Shown: positions 39,483 to 48,779, counted from the first letter of the stretch. The stretch is 64,000 nucleotides of DNA from an uncultured Candidatus Rokubacteria bacterium (GCA_963805625.1 CAWDVE010000019.1:416001-480000); one strand, 5' to 3'. The notes: a model not told the origin generated them from the letters alone. Numbers and translations are program-made.

Positions 39483-40310
39483 ATGTCTAGCACAGCGCAA
39501 GGTTCGATAGCTTCCCTGTGGCGATACCCGGTGAAGTCAATGCTCGGAGAAGAGTGTAGCGCGACCGAGGTGATGGAACGCGGACTGCTCGGCGATCGGG
39601 CGTACGCTCTCGTGGACAGCGCCGACGGCAAGGCCGCGACTGCCAAGAACCCGAGGAAGTGGCCGACGCTTTTCGGCTTCCGCGCCACGTTCGTCGAGCC
39701 GCCACGCTCCGGGGCGACGATGCCGCCCGTCCGCATCACCCTGCCGGATGGCACCGCGACGACGAATCGGCAGCCGGATGTCAACCAGGTCCTCTCGAGA
39801 GCGCTCGGCCGCACGGTGATGCTGACTGCCGCCGGCCGTGGCGACGCGGGGACCGTGAATGCGGAGGAGTACTGGCCCGACATGGAGGGGCTCGAGCACC
39901 GGGACACCGTCACCGACTTCACGCTTCCCGAGGGGACATTCTTCGACTGTGCCACGGTGCATCTGCTGACGACGGCCACGCTCGACCGGCTCCAGCAGCT
40001 CTACCCGTCAGGGCGCTTCGAGGTCCCGCGCTTTCGCCCCAACATCGTGGTCACGCCAGCCTCGGGTCAGAAGGATTTCGTCGAGAACGCCTGGGTAGGC
40101 CACACGCTCGCGATCGGAGATGTCGTCCGCCTGAGCGTCACCGGACCCTGCGTCCGCTGCGTCATGACGACCCTGGCCCAAGGGGACCTGCCACGGGATC
40201 CGGGCATCCTGCGCACGGCCGCCCAGCACAACAAGGTCAGCGTCGGGGTCTACGCGACCGTCGAGCGCAGCGGGACGATTCGTCAGGGGGATGCGATCCG
40301 AGTCGAGTAA
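39483..40310 (+). CDS. MOSC domain (mARC/YcbX-like) molybdoprotein
   Basis: WRYPVKSM, GDRAYA, RFRPNI, CVRCVMTT; AAGGAGG RBS. Confidence 0.93.
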   Translation: MSSTAQGSIASLWRYPVKSMLGEECSATEVMERGLLGDRAYALVDSADGKAATAKNPRKWPTLFGFRATFVEPPRSGATMPPVRITLPDGTATTNRQPDVNQVLSRALGRTVMLTAAGRGDAGTVNAEEYWPDMEGLEHRDTVTDFTLPEGTFFDCATVHLLTTATLDRLQQLYPSGRFEVPRFRPNIVVTPASGQKDFVENAWVGHTLAIGDVVRLSVTGPCVRCVMTTLAQGDLPRDPGILRTAAQHNKVSVGVYATVERSGTIRQGDAIRVE

Positions 40311-40350
40311 GAGTGCCGAGCGCTGCTGTCGCTGGTTTCCAACTGTCTCG

Positions 40351-40752
40351 ATGGACGGAGGATCACACATTACTCCATCGCTCTACGAACGACTGGGCGG
40401 CGTCTATTCCATCGCGGCTGTCGTCGACGACTTCATCGATCGCGTCATGGACAACCCACGACTGAACGCGAATCCGAAGGTCGACGAAGCGCATCATCGA
40501 GTCTCGCGCGCCGGTTTCAAGTACCTCGTGACCGAGATGGTGTGCTGGGCGGCCGGGGGTCCGCAGCGATACAGTGGCCGTTCCATGCTCGACACTCACG
40601 CGCAGCTGGCGATCACCGAGGATGAGTGGCAGGTCTTTGTGTCGGACTTCCGGGCGTGCCTGGCGAAATTCGCCGTTCCTCAGGCCGAGCAAGCCGAGCT
40701 CTTAGCGATCGTGGACAGCACGAAGAAGGACATCGTCCGCCCGGCCGGCTAG
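40351..40752 (+). CDS. Group I truncated hemoglobin
   Basis: SLYERLGG, VVDDF, GGPQRYSGRSM..H. Confidence 0.9.
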   Translation: MDGGSHITPSLYERLGGVYSIAAVVDDFIDRVMDNPRLNANPKVDEAHHRVSRAGFKYLVTEMVCWAAGGPQRYSGRSMLDTHAQLAITEDEWQVFVSDFRACLAKFAVPQAEQAELLAIVDSTKKDIVRPAG

Positions 40753-41339
40753 GCGCCGGAGCCGAGCCGCGCCTCGAGGCGGGCCTTCACCGCCGGCCAC
40801 TCCGTGTCGAGGATCGAGTAGTACACGGTGTCGCGCTGATAGCCGCGCACGTTCATGTGCTTGCGGAGCACGCCCTCGCGCACGGCGCCGAGTCGCTCGA
40901 TGGCGGTCTGCGAGCGCGTGTTACGGCCGTCCGTCTTGAGCGCCACCCGGACGCAGCCCAGCGACTCGAAGCAGTGCCGGAGGAGGAGGTACTTCGCCTC
41001 GGTGTTCGCCGGCGTCCGCCAGTAGGCGCGGGCGAGGAACGTGCTGCCGATCTCGATCTGCCGGTCCTTCGGCCTGATGTCGAGGAACCGGGTCGATCCG
41101 ATCGCGGTGCCGCTCACGTTCCAGATCTGCGCGAAGGCGACGCACTGGCCGCGGGCCATCAGCTCCAGCGCGTCGCGGATGAGGGCGCGAGTCTCGTCGA
41201 GGGCGGCCGGCGGGGGCCAGGCGAGGTAGCGGCAGACGTCCTCGTCGCGCATGGCGTCGAAGAGGCCCGCCGCGTGGCGCTCGTCGAGGGGCTCGAGCGT
41301 GACGTGGCGGCCTCTGAGGGTGACGGGTCCGATCTCCAT
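40749..41339 (-). CDS. GNAT N-acetyltransferase (RimJ/RimL-like)
   Basis: IGSTRF, EIGSTF, NTEAKYLLL, EGVLRKH, RDTVYYSIL. Confidence 0.92.
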   Translation of the reverse strand: MEIGPVTLRGRHVTLEPLDERHAAGLFDAMRDEDVCRYLAWPPPAALDETRALIRDALELMARGQCVAFAQIWNVSGTAIGSTRFLDIRPKDRQIEIGSTFLARAYWRTPANTEAKYLLLRHCFESLGCVRVALKTDGRNTRSQTAIERLGAVREGVLRKHMNVRGYQRDTVYYSILDTEWPAVKARLEARLGSGA

Positions 41340-41506
41340 CGCCGATCCTCCTGGGTGCCGGGGGAGCCTGGGTCTCGGAGGGAACCTCCGGGGCGCCACC
41401 GGTCTCCGGGCGGAAGGCTAGGGCGCCTGGTGGCGCTCTCGCAAGGACCAGCCAGACGCGGGTGACGGGGCCACTTTGCCGCAGCCCGGTCCCGGCCGGC
41501 CGATCA

Positions 41507-42196
41507 CTACGGCCGTTCGGGGCAGACGCGGAACGCCCCGTAGTCGCCGACGGCGCGGGTCCGCGTCTGGTCCGCGTCGGTGAGGATCGCGACGCCCCGC
41601 GCCCGGCCGGGCGCCTCGCCGTACAGCCGCTCGTAGTCCCGCCGCACGTTGGCGGTCTCGGTGACCCAGTCCTCGTCGGGCGGCGGGCCGGAGCGAAGCA
41701 CGATCGCTCGGGCGCGGCTGGTCGAGAGCGTCATCCCGGCCGGCACCAGGCGGCTCCACACGTACTTGACGGCTCGGCTGAGGGCCTGGGTGCTCCCGAA
41801 CACCGCGTACACGGCCAGCGGGCTGTCGTTCCGGCCTGGATCGCGCTCGTCGGAGCCCGTGGGGAAGACCCGAGGTCTCCAGCGCCAGGTCAGGACTGGC
41901 TCCCGGGCCATGTCCCAGGGAAACTCCCGTCCCATCTGGGAGCCGGTGGCCTCGGCGGTCCCGCGCACGAACCGGATACCCGCCTCGGCCACGACCCGGT
42001 ACGTCGCCCGGGCGGCCTCGTCGCGAGGCTGCCAGCCGGCCGGGAACTCCCCGACAGCTGCATCCCTGTAGTCGACGACCACGCGGCAGCCGTTGGCCGG
42101 TGCCTGGGTGGCGGAGGACTGGGCTTGGGCGCCGGGCGTCAGGAGCCCGATCAGCAGCAGGAGGACGGCGTGACCCACCCGGTGCGGGCGGATCAC
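41507..42196 (-). CDS. DUF3047 family secreted protein
   Basis: Signal peptide; LTWRW, KYVWS, ILTDADQT, YG. Confidence 0.8.
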   Translation of the reverse strand: MIRPHRVGHAVLLLLIGLLTPGAQAQSSATQAPANGCRVVVDYRDAAVGEFPAGWQPRDEAARATYRVVAEAGIRFVRGTAEATGSQMGREFPWDMAREPVLTWRWRPRVFPTGSDERDPGRNDSPLAVYAVFGSTQALSRAVKYVWSRLVPAGMTLSTSRARAIVLRSGPPPDEDWVTETANVRRDYERLYGEAPGRARGVAILTDADQTRTRAVGDYGAFRVCPERP

Positions 42197-42203
42197 GGCT
42201 CCG

Positions 42204-42629
42204 TCACTCGGACTCGGCGGCCACCGCGGCGAGAGAGCGCCGCGGCTCGGCTGTCTGCGTCTGCTCCATCCGCTCCTGACAGGGACGGCATCGCTGGGCG
42301 AAGGGCAGGATCCGGAGGCGGGCGAGGCCGATGAAGCTCCCGCAGTCGCGGCAGAGGCCGTAGCGGCGGTCGCGCAGGAGCTCGAGCGCCGCGTTGACCT
42401 GGATCAGCTCCCGGCTCGCGCGGTCGACGAGGGCGGCCTGCAGCTCGTCGTCAAGGGTGCGGCTGGCCGAGGCGACCTGATCGCTGTCCTCGCCGGCGTG
42501 GCCCTGCCGTTCGCCGAGCCCCCGGCGGATCATGCCCGCCAGGACGAGCTGGCGGGTCCGCAGGAAGCGCCCGATCTCCTGGGCGGTCCGGCGGTCGAGG
42601 GCGTCGTGGCTCTTCGTGGTCGTGCTCAT
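42204..42629 (-). CDS. TraR/DksA C4 zinc-finger protein
   Basis: YGLCRDC...RL...P...C..CQ; N-terminal coiled coil; GAGG RBS. Confidence 0.88.
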   Translation of the reverse strand: MSTTTKSHDALDRRTAQEIGRFLRTRQLVLAGMIRRGLGERQGHAGEDSDQVASASRTLDDELQAALVDRASRELIQVNAALELLRDRRYGLCRDCGSFIGLARLRILPFAQRCRPCQERMEQTQTAEPRRSLAAVAAESE

Positions 42630-42689
42630 CGGCGTCACCTCGGTGCGCGGCGGCATCGTGGACCGCCGCGCGGTCGGGTGACGGAAGGC

Positions 42690-42705
42690 AGCAACGGCCG
42701 TGCCC
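42690..42705 (-). promoter_or_regulatory. Sigma-54 -24/-12 promoter of the DksA-like gene
   Basis: GGGCAC-GGCCG-TTGCT; IHF-like TATCAAGACTTTC just upstream (~42724-42736). Confidence 0.7.
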
Positions 42706-42877
42706 GCGGGCCAGCCCAGGGAAGAAAGTCTTGATACTACTTGCTTTTCTGCACCCGATGAGGGCGCAGAGCGGAACGCGCGGTAGCGGGTGGTCGTGTA
42801 AGCGTTACACGTGCCAGCGTGTAGACGCTGCCTCCAGCGAGCGGCCGATCTCACGGCGCCGCCGTTTCCGGCCCGGG

Positions 42878-44797
42878 TCAGGAGGCGCGTCTCGCGGGCA
42901 TGCAGAGGACGCGGTCCCCCGCCTGACCGGCGCTGATGGCCTGGTACTTCTCCCAGAACGCCTGGTCCACGAGCCGCATCTCCGGCGGGGCGTCCGATGA
43001 TCGGTAGCGGCGGTAGCGTCGCGGGCCGCCATGATAGGCGGAGTACGATGCGCGAGCCGCGTCGGAGAGGCGTTCCCGCGCCTCGCGGATCCCGTAGCGC
43101 CCGAGGAGCTGCCAGAGGATCTCGGTCCCGGCCCCCGCGTTGTAGCCGGCGCTCCAGCGGAGCTTCACGGGGTTGAAGAAGCCGCGCCACACGCGCACGT
43201 TGATTTGCATCATGCCGACGTCGCCGGTGGAGGACTGGATGGGGACGACCCCGCTACGATCGCGGACGAACTGGCGCCAGCAGCTCTCCTGCCAGGCGAC
43301 GGTCTTCACGAGGTCCCGGAAGAGGTGCTCGAAGTGGTCGCCGAGCACCTCCCCGTCGAAGGATCGCTCGGCGGCGAGGGTGAGGAGACGGTCGACGATC
43401 TCCCGGTACGCGGTGAGCTCGGCCGTGGCCGGGACCCACCGATCCAGCCGCTCCGAGAGCTCCCGCCAATCATCGGCTTCGTCCGCGTGCGCCGGGCGGG
43501 GAGTGAGCCAGGACGGGAGCCACGAGCGGGGCGCCGCCGGCTTCCGCCGGATCCGCCGCGGGGGAGCGTCGGGGTCCCTGAACCGGAATAGCTCCTGGAG
43601 CTTCGGGTCCGGCGCGTCGGAGTACTCGAGCGGGTCTCCCGCGTAACCCGGGGCGAGCGTACGGGCCAGCCGGCGAAGGCCGTCGGCCGAGAAGTCGAGG
43701 CCCGCCGACGGCGCCGCCGCTTCGATCGCGGTCAACGCGTCGCCCGCGGCCAGGAACACCACGAACCGGAGGGCGCGGGCGTCGTCGCTGCCCTTGCTCC
43801 CGGCGCGCCGCATGATGGCGCGGAGGCGGTCCCAGAGCCGGAGGAACAGGGGACGGACGGGGTCGACCCCCGCCTCGGGCCCCCGCCCGAGCACGGCCGT
43901 CACTTCGCGCCGGGCCGTGAGGAGCAGGTCCAGCAGCTCGGTCCGCATCTCGGGATCCGCGTCGCCCGCGACGTCCTTGACCAGGAATCCGAGGAAGCCG
44001 TCCCAGCTGTCCAGGAGAGCCTCCCACTGCTGGATCTCCGCGCGGGTCAGGGCCCGCTCGGGGGCGGGCGGGACGGGTGCCGCCGGGGGCAGGTCGAGGG
44101 TGACGCGGAGACGGACGGCGTCCGGCTCGACGGCCAGCTCGCGCGGCCGGAGTGTCTGGAGTGCCGCGGCTAGGCCTCCGGTGGGGGTGCTGAACGATCG
44201 GAGGAGGGTCCGGACCTGCTCGACGGGCGGCCCGAGGTCGAAACTGAAGGTTTCCAGCTCGGCCGCGCTCCAGTCCCGGACGACGGTCCAGAGCCGCGTG
44301 GCCACGGTCGCGGGCTGGCGGGCCGCGTTGTAGAGGCGGAAATCGACGTCCCGGAAGCGGAGCTGCCAGTCATGACCGAGCTCGGGTCGCGCCAGGATCT
44401 CCGCGTGACCGGTCCAGGTGATGGACCCGAAGCACCAGCCGAGCAGAGGAAGCCCGGCGGTCGCCGAGGCGGGCCCGGTGATCCGGAGCCGCTGGTCGGC
44501 GGGCTCGAGGACGGGATCGCGGACGACGAACGTGCCGCAGCCGTCGGGCGTCCGCCAGAGCTCGAGCGCGCCGCCGCTCTCCTCGCCGAGATGCTTCCGC
44601 ACGGCGGCGCGAAGCACCTCGTAGTCGATGGTCAGCGGGAACGTGACCTCGACCGCCGTCGCCTGCGCGGGCGCGACGAGGGCACTCACCAGGGCCGCGA
44701 TCGCGACGATCAGGGGGAGGCGAACCCGCCCGACCCCGGACGGCTCTCGATCCCGCGCGGGAAGTGATGCACGGCCGCCGGTTCTCGGTCGACGCAT
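42878..44797 (-). CDS. Secreted protein with a C-terminal SLT lytic transglycosylase domain
   Basis: AWQESCW, GMMQIN, YNAGAG, AYHGG; signal-like segment ending AQATA; start uncertain. Confidence 0.8.
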   Translation of the reverse strand: MRRPRTGGRASLPARDREPSGVGRVRLPLIVAIAALVSALVAPAQATAVEVTFPLTIDYEVLRAAVRKHLGEESGGALELWRTPDGCGTFVVRDPVLEPADQRLRITGPASATAGLPLLGWCFGSITWTGHAEILARPELGHDWQLRFRDVDFRLYNAARQPATVATRLWTVVRDWSAAELETFSFDLGPPVEQVRTLLRSFSTPTGGLAAALQTLRPRELAVEPDAVRLRVTLDLPPAAPVPPAPERALTRAEIQQWEALLDSWDGFLGFLVKDVAGDADPEMRTELLDLLLTARREVTAVLGRGPEAGVDPVRPLFLRLWDRLRAIMRRAGSKGSDDARALRFVVFLAAGDALTAIEAAAPSAGLDFSADGLRRLARTLAPGYAGDPLEYSDAPDPKLQELFRFRDPDAPPRRIRRKPAAPRSWLPSWLTPRPAHADEADDWRELSERLDRWVPATAELTAYREIVDRLLTLAAERSFDGEVLGDHFEHLFRDLVKTVAWQESCWRQFVRDRSGVVPIQSSTGDVGMMQINVRVWRGFFNPVKLRWSAGYNAGAGTEILWQLLGRYGIREARERLSDAARASYSAYHGGPRRYRRYRSSDAPPEMRLVDQAFWEKYQAISAGQAGDRVLCMPARRAS

Positions 44798-45036
44798 AGC
44801 CGAGTCTGATTCCAGCATACTCGACCTCTACGTCTCTGTCGGCGACCGGGTTTTGCCAGGGTACAGTGGGCCGGCACGGGCGCTCGGTGGCAGCGGCAGG
44901 AGACCGGCGCGGGGACCGGTGCCGGTTCCGTTCGCAGTGGGAGCCGTGAACCGCGTCATGAGCGTGGCACCCCTGATGGGCAGCCGATCCGTCGACGAAT
45001 GGTGCCGCTGCATATGCGAATTCATACACTGGTGCC

Positions 45037-45543
45037 ATGGAAACGGGGCGCCAGGCTCGGGGGCGTATCCTCGGCCGGACGGTGCCATGGCTCGTCCTCT
45101 CGGCTCTCCTTGTGGCGCCGGTTGCCGCGGAGGAGTTCACGGGTCGGGTTGTCGGGGTGACCGATGGGGACACGATCAAAGTCCTCCACGCCCATCGGTC
45201 CGAGACGGTGCGCCTGCTGGGCGTGGACGCGCCCGAGAGGCGTCAGGCCTACGGGGATCGCGCCCGGCGGTTCACGGCCGAGCTCGCGTTCGCCCTCACG
45301 GTCACCGTGCGGGCGAACGGGCGCGACCGGAACGGGCGCCTGCTCGGGGAGGTCGTCCTCCCGGACTGCCGGAGCCTGAACCAGGAGCTCGTGCGCGCCG
45401 GCTACGCCTGGTGGTTCCGGAAGTACTCCCGCGACATCCGGCTGGCCCATCTCGAGGAGGAGGCCCGCCAAGATCGCCGTGGTCTCTGGGCCGACGCTGC
45501 CCCCCAGGCCCCCTGGGAGTACCGGATCAGCGGGCGGCGATAG
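45037..45543 (+). CDS. Thermonuclease (SNase) family nuclease
   Basis: DGDTI, VRLLGVDAPE, DRNGR, LVRAGYAW, GLW. Confidence 0.92.
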   Translation: METGRQARGRILGRTVPWLVLSALLVAPVAAEEFTGRVVGVTDGDTIKVLHAHRSETVRLLGVDAPERRQAYGDRARRFTAELAFALTVTVRANGRDRNGRLLGEVVLPDCRSLNQELVRAGYAWWFRKYSRDIRLAHLEEEARQDRRGLWADAAPQAPWEYRISGRR

Positions 45544-45632
45544 CGATCGGTTGGAGAGAGTCGGCCGGCCCGCCGGATCTTCTCGTCTCGGCGGGACTGC
45601 GTGGATGCGCGGACCGGATCCGCCGACTAGTT

Positions 45633-46100
45633 TAGTGCCCCGGTTCCAGAGATTCCACGCCCCGCTCTATACTGCGAGGGATAGTCCCCCTTAAGGTCCA
45701 CCGAAAGGGACGGGCGGCGCGGTTCCAATGTCGGATGAGGCGGGCGATCCGCGTGGCACGTGCCTCGTAGGCCGCGTCGCTGGCCCGGGCGATCCTGCCG
45801 CTCGAGAATGTTGAGCCAGACTCGATCTGATTGAGCTACGAGCCATGGAGGAGCAGGAACTCGAGCCGGTCGCGGCCATCCGGAGCGGCAACCCAGGCCC
45901 GCACGTCGGGCGTCGTGTGGATCGAGAGATTGCCTGGGATTATGACCAAGCGGCCACGCGGCCATGTCTCATGCGGTCGGCCGAGCAGCTCCAGGAACTC
46001 GCCGGCCGCGCCGGCGCACCGCGTACCCGAATGCCGCGTCGCTGGCGCAGACACCATCGGACGACAGGTCGGACCGGACCTTGCGGCGAGAGTGGGGATC
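45633..46100 (-). mobile_element. Degenerate IS630-family element (3' transposase remnant and end)
   Basis: Frameshifted IIPGNLSIHTTPDVRAW, (W)LNQIE, NILERQ, PFRWT; end TAGTGCCCCGGTTCCAG beginning with TA. Confidence 0.7.
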
Positions 46101-46312
46101 CGGGTTGTGCACCCATCCGGGGCGGTTAGAGCGCCGCGGCCTTCAGCCATCGCACCGTGCTCTGGCTGACGGTCGGCCGAATGTAGCCCAGGTCGGCGCG
46201 GCCTCCGCGAGCGGGCGCAGAGCCGACTGCGTCCGGGCGCCGGCCAGTTCACCCAGGGGCTGGCAGGCCGAGCGCGACGACCTCGTGCCGCTCAGCCCGG
46301 TACGGGAGTCGC

Positions 46313-46472
46313 TGGGGCTCCGATGCCCCAGAGGGGTCGCGCCGCCCCAGGGTCAGGCGGCGTCCCTGGGAACTCGCGCCCTGCAAAGATCCGGACCCGT
46401 TGCCCGAATCGATGGTGGCCTGCCTCCGGGATCACGTGGAGGCCCAGGGAACGTCGATTGCACCGCATTGGA
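46313..46472 (+). repeat. Sigma-54 enhancer-promoter module, copy 1
   Basis: Aligns with 47635-47783; GATGCCCCAGAGGGG and GGGAAC-GTCGA-TTGCA (46447-46462). Confidence 0.75.
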
Positions 46473-46595
46473 ATGAACAGACGACCCTCAGGGTTCGAAG
46501 CCCTGGGAACAAGGCGTCTCCCGGTAACCGTGGGGGAGGTCCGGTGAGGCGGCCGGCACGGTGACGTTCGCGACCGCAGAAGGAGGGTCAGTCAA

Positions 46596-47021
46596 GTGAA
46601 CATCGCGAATGTCTTGGCCAGCAAGGGCGGTCGCGTGATCACGATCCGTCCTGACCAGACCGTGAGAGAGGCCCTGGAGCGTTTTGCCGAGCGCAATATC
46701 GGCGCGCTCGTCGTGGTAGACGACGCCCACGGGGCGGTAGGGATGATCACGGAGCGCGGCATCCTCCGTGCGGCGTTGACGAATGAACGTGTTCTCGGCG
46801 CGACCGTCGGCGCGGTGATGTCCAAGGAGGTCGTCATCGGACACCCCAGCGACGATCTGATGTCTGTCGCCCACACCATGACCGAGAAGCGAATCCGTCA
46901 CCTGCCCGTCCTGGACCAGGGGAAGCTGGTCGGGATCGTGTCGCTCGGTGACCTGGTCAGGGCACAGCGGGATCACTACGAGGGGCAGGTCGTGACCCTG
47001 GAGACCCTGCTGTCGGACTGA
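46596..47021 (+). CDS. Stand-alone CBS-pair protein
   Basis: IGALVVVD, GMITER, MTEKRIRHLPV, GIVSLGDL; AAGGAGG RBS. Confidence 0.93.
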   Translation: MNIANVLASKGGRVITIRPDQTVREALERFAERNIGALVVVDDAHGAVGMITERGILRAALTNERVLGATVGAVMSKEVVIGHPSDDLMSVAHTMTEKRIRHLPVLDQGKLVGIVSLGDLVRAQRDHYEGQVVTLETLLSD

Positions 47022-47112
47022 CGATGCGCGCACCGCCCTGCTACGGAACGCAGAGTGAAGGCGGACACTCCAGGAGAGCGCGCCACGCCACGTTCCTCGG
47101 CGTCGGCGCGGG

Positions 47113-47280
47113 CGATGGTTCGGAGAGCGCGAGGATCTGTCGGCGTTCCTAGACCTTCTCGTGCGCCGCCAGATCCAGCCGGTCATCGGAACACGCCTTC
47201 CGCTCACCGTGGCCGGGAGAGCTCACCGAATGCTGGAGGGAGCCGACGTCGCTGGAAAGATCGTGCTCGTGTCGAGCTAG
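47113..47280 (+). pseudogene. C-terminal remnant of an MDR/quinone oxidoreductase
   Basis: REDLSAFLDLLVRRQIQPVIGTRLPLTVAGRAHRMLEGADVAGKIVLVSS*; no start or N-terminus. Confidence 0.7.
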
Positions 47281-47384
47281 CGCGGTAGGGTCTCCTCCGG
47301 GTCGCGCAGGATCGCACAGGCACAGTTGTGACCGGGGTGTCTCCGTGAGCTCGGCGCCCGAAACCGTGCCCCCGCCGCAGGGGT

Positions 47385-47545
47385 AACACGCTGATCCGGA
47401 AGACCGGAAACCGCCCCCTGAGCATGGCGTTCGGAAGCCCCCGGGAACAACTTCGTCGAATTCATCCAGCCGATCGACCAGACGATCCACGATTTCCGCC
47501 TCCGCGCGAGCTACGCGGGCGAGGGCTGGCAGCTTTCAGGGGAGC
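47385..47545 (+). pseudogene. Fragment of an MtrB/PioB-like outer-membrane beta-barrel gene
   Basis: TLIRKTGNRPLSMAFGSP-(+1 C)-GNNFVEFIQPIDQTIHDFRLRASYAGEGWQL; family recognised from memory. Confidence 0.5.
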
Positions 47546-47634
47546 TGCGCGCTGAGGGCTCGGCATGGAGGTAGTCCGGCGTGCTCCGTCGGCTGCCCCC
47601 GTCACGCCATGAGCCGCCGGCGGACCAGAGCCAG

Positions 47635-47783
47635 TGGGACTCCGATGCCCCAGAGGGGCTGCGCTGTCCCAAGGTCAGACCGCATCGCTGAGAACCCGTG
47701 TGTTGCAAGGCTTCGGAACCATTGTACGAATCAACGGCGGCCTACTTCGGGAGGCCCGGGGAACGTGGATTGCACTGCACTGG
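47635..47783 (+). repeat. Sigma-54 enhancer-promoter module, copy 2
   Basis: GATGCCCCAGAGGGGC and GGGAAC-GTGGA-TTGCA (47759-47774). Confidence 0.75.
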
Positions 47784-47866
47784 GCCGAGCGTGGTACGGT
47801 TCGAGCCCGCGCCTGCGCCGGTCGGACCGCCCCGTAGCCAATCGGGGACACAGAGAGGGAGCCGCC

Positions 47867-48757
47867 GTGCAAACACGCCTCCAGCTGGCCCGCGTTCTGG
47901 TCCCCCTGGACGGCTCGACCTTGGCCGAGGCCATCCTGCCGGCCGTCGAGCGGCTGGCACGCGATCACGAGGCCGACGTGATCCTGCTCGAGGTCCTGGA
48001 GGGCCAGGGGACACGTGAGGCCGAGCTCGATGCGGAGCGGCAGGCCGGGGGCTACCTCCAACGGATGGTCGACTCCCTCCGGCGGCGCGGCCTCAAGCGG
48101 GTCTGCACGCGCGTCTGGTACGGCGATGCCGACCAGGCCATCGCTAACGCGGCCACGCGGGAGCGGGCCGATCTCGTCGCGATGTCGACCCACGGCCGGA
48201 GCGGCCTCGACTGGCTCCGCTTCGGGAGCGTCGCCGAGGGCGTGGTCCGCCGGGCACCCGTGCCGGTGCTGCTCGTCCGCGGCATCGCCGCCTGGGACCG
48301 GGGCGGGATCAACCGCATCTTGGTTCCGCTCGACCGGTCGGAGGCCTCCGAGGCGGTGCTCCCGCTCGTCTCATGCCTGGCCGGCCCTTTCGACTTCGAG
48401 ATCCAACTCCTGCACGTCGTCGAGGTGGCCCTACCCCTCTCGGGTTGGGAGGCCGCGGGGAAGGTTGTCCATGACGCGGAAGCCGAGGCCTACCTGGCCG
48501 AGATGGCCGCACTTCTCGAGGCCCGCGGGCTTCGCGTGGGTATGACAGTACGGGCGGGGCTTCCCGCCGAGGTCATCCCGGCGGTTGCTGCCGAGACGAA
48601 GAGTGGTCTGGTCGCGATGTCGACCCACGGCCGCTCGGGCCTGGGCCGGCTATTCCTTGGAAGCGTGGCCGAGCGCGTGCTGAGATCAGTGTCGGTGCCG
48701 GTGCTCCTGTGGAAGCCGCCAGCCGGCACCCGCGAGGCCGGACCGGCCCGCCCATGA
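47867..48757 (+). CDS. Tandem-domain universal stress protein
   Basis: Two copies of LVPLD.S...AMSTHGRSGL....GSVAE.V....PVLL. Confidence 0.94.
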   Translation: MQTRLQLARVLVPLDGSTLAEAILPAVERLARDHEADVILLEVLEGQGTREAELDAERQAGGYLQRMVDSLRRRGLKRVCTRVWYGDADQAIANAATRERADLVAMSTHGRSGLDWLRFGSVAEGVVRRAPVPVLLVRGIAAWDRGGINRILVPLDRSEASEAVLPLVSCLAGPFDFEIQLLHVVEVALPLSGWEAAGKVVHDAEAEAYLAEMAALLEARGLRVGMTVRAGLPAEVIPAVAAETKSGLVAMSTHGRSGLGRLFLGSVAERVLRSVSVPVLLWKPPAGTREAGPARP

Positions 48758-48779
48758 GCTCGAGATGGGAGGAAGCCCG

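Noticed and set aside
44964-45040. TGGCAC hexamers between the SLT and nuclease genes as sigma-54 promoters
   Set aside because: No TTGC -12 element at the required spacing
46313-47783. The duplicated segment read as a small repeated protein (GLRCPRG...GGPGNVDCTAL)
   Set aside because: A 10-bp indel breaks the frame between copies, there is no RBS, and conservation centres on DNA motifs
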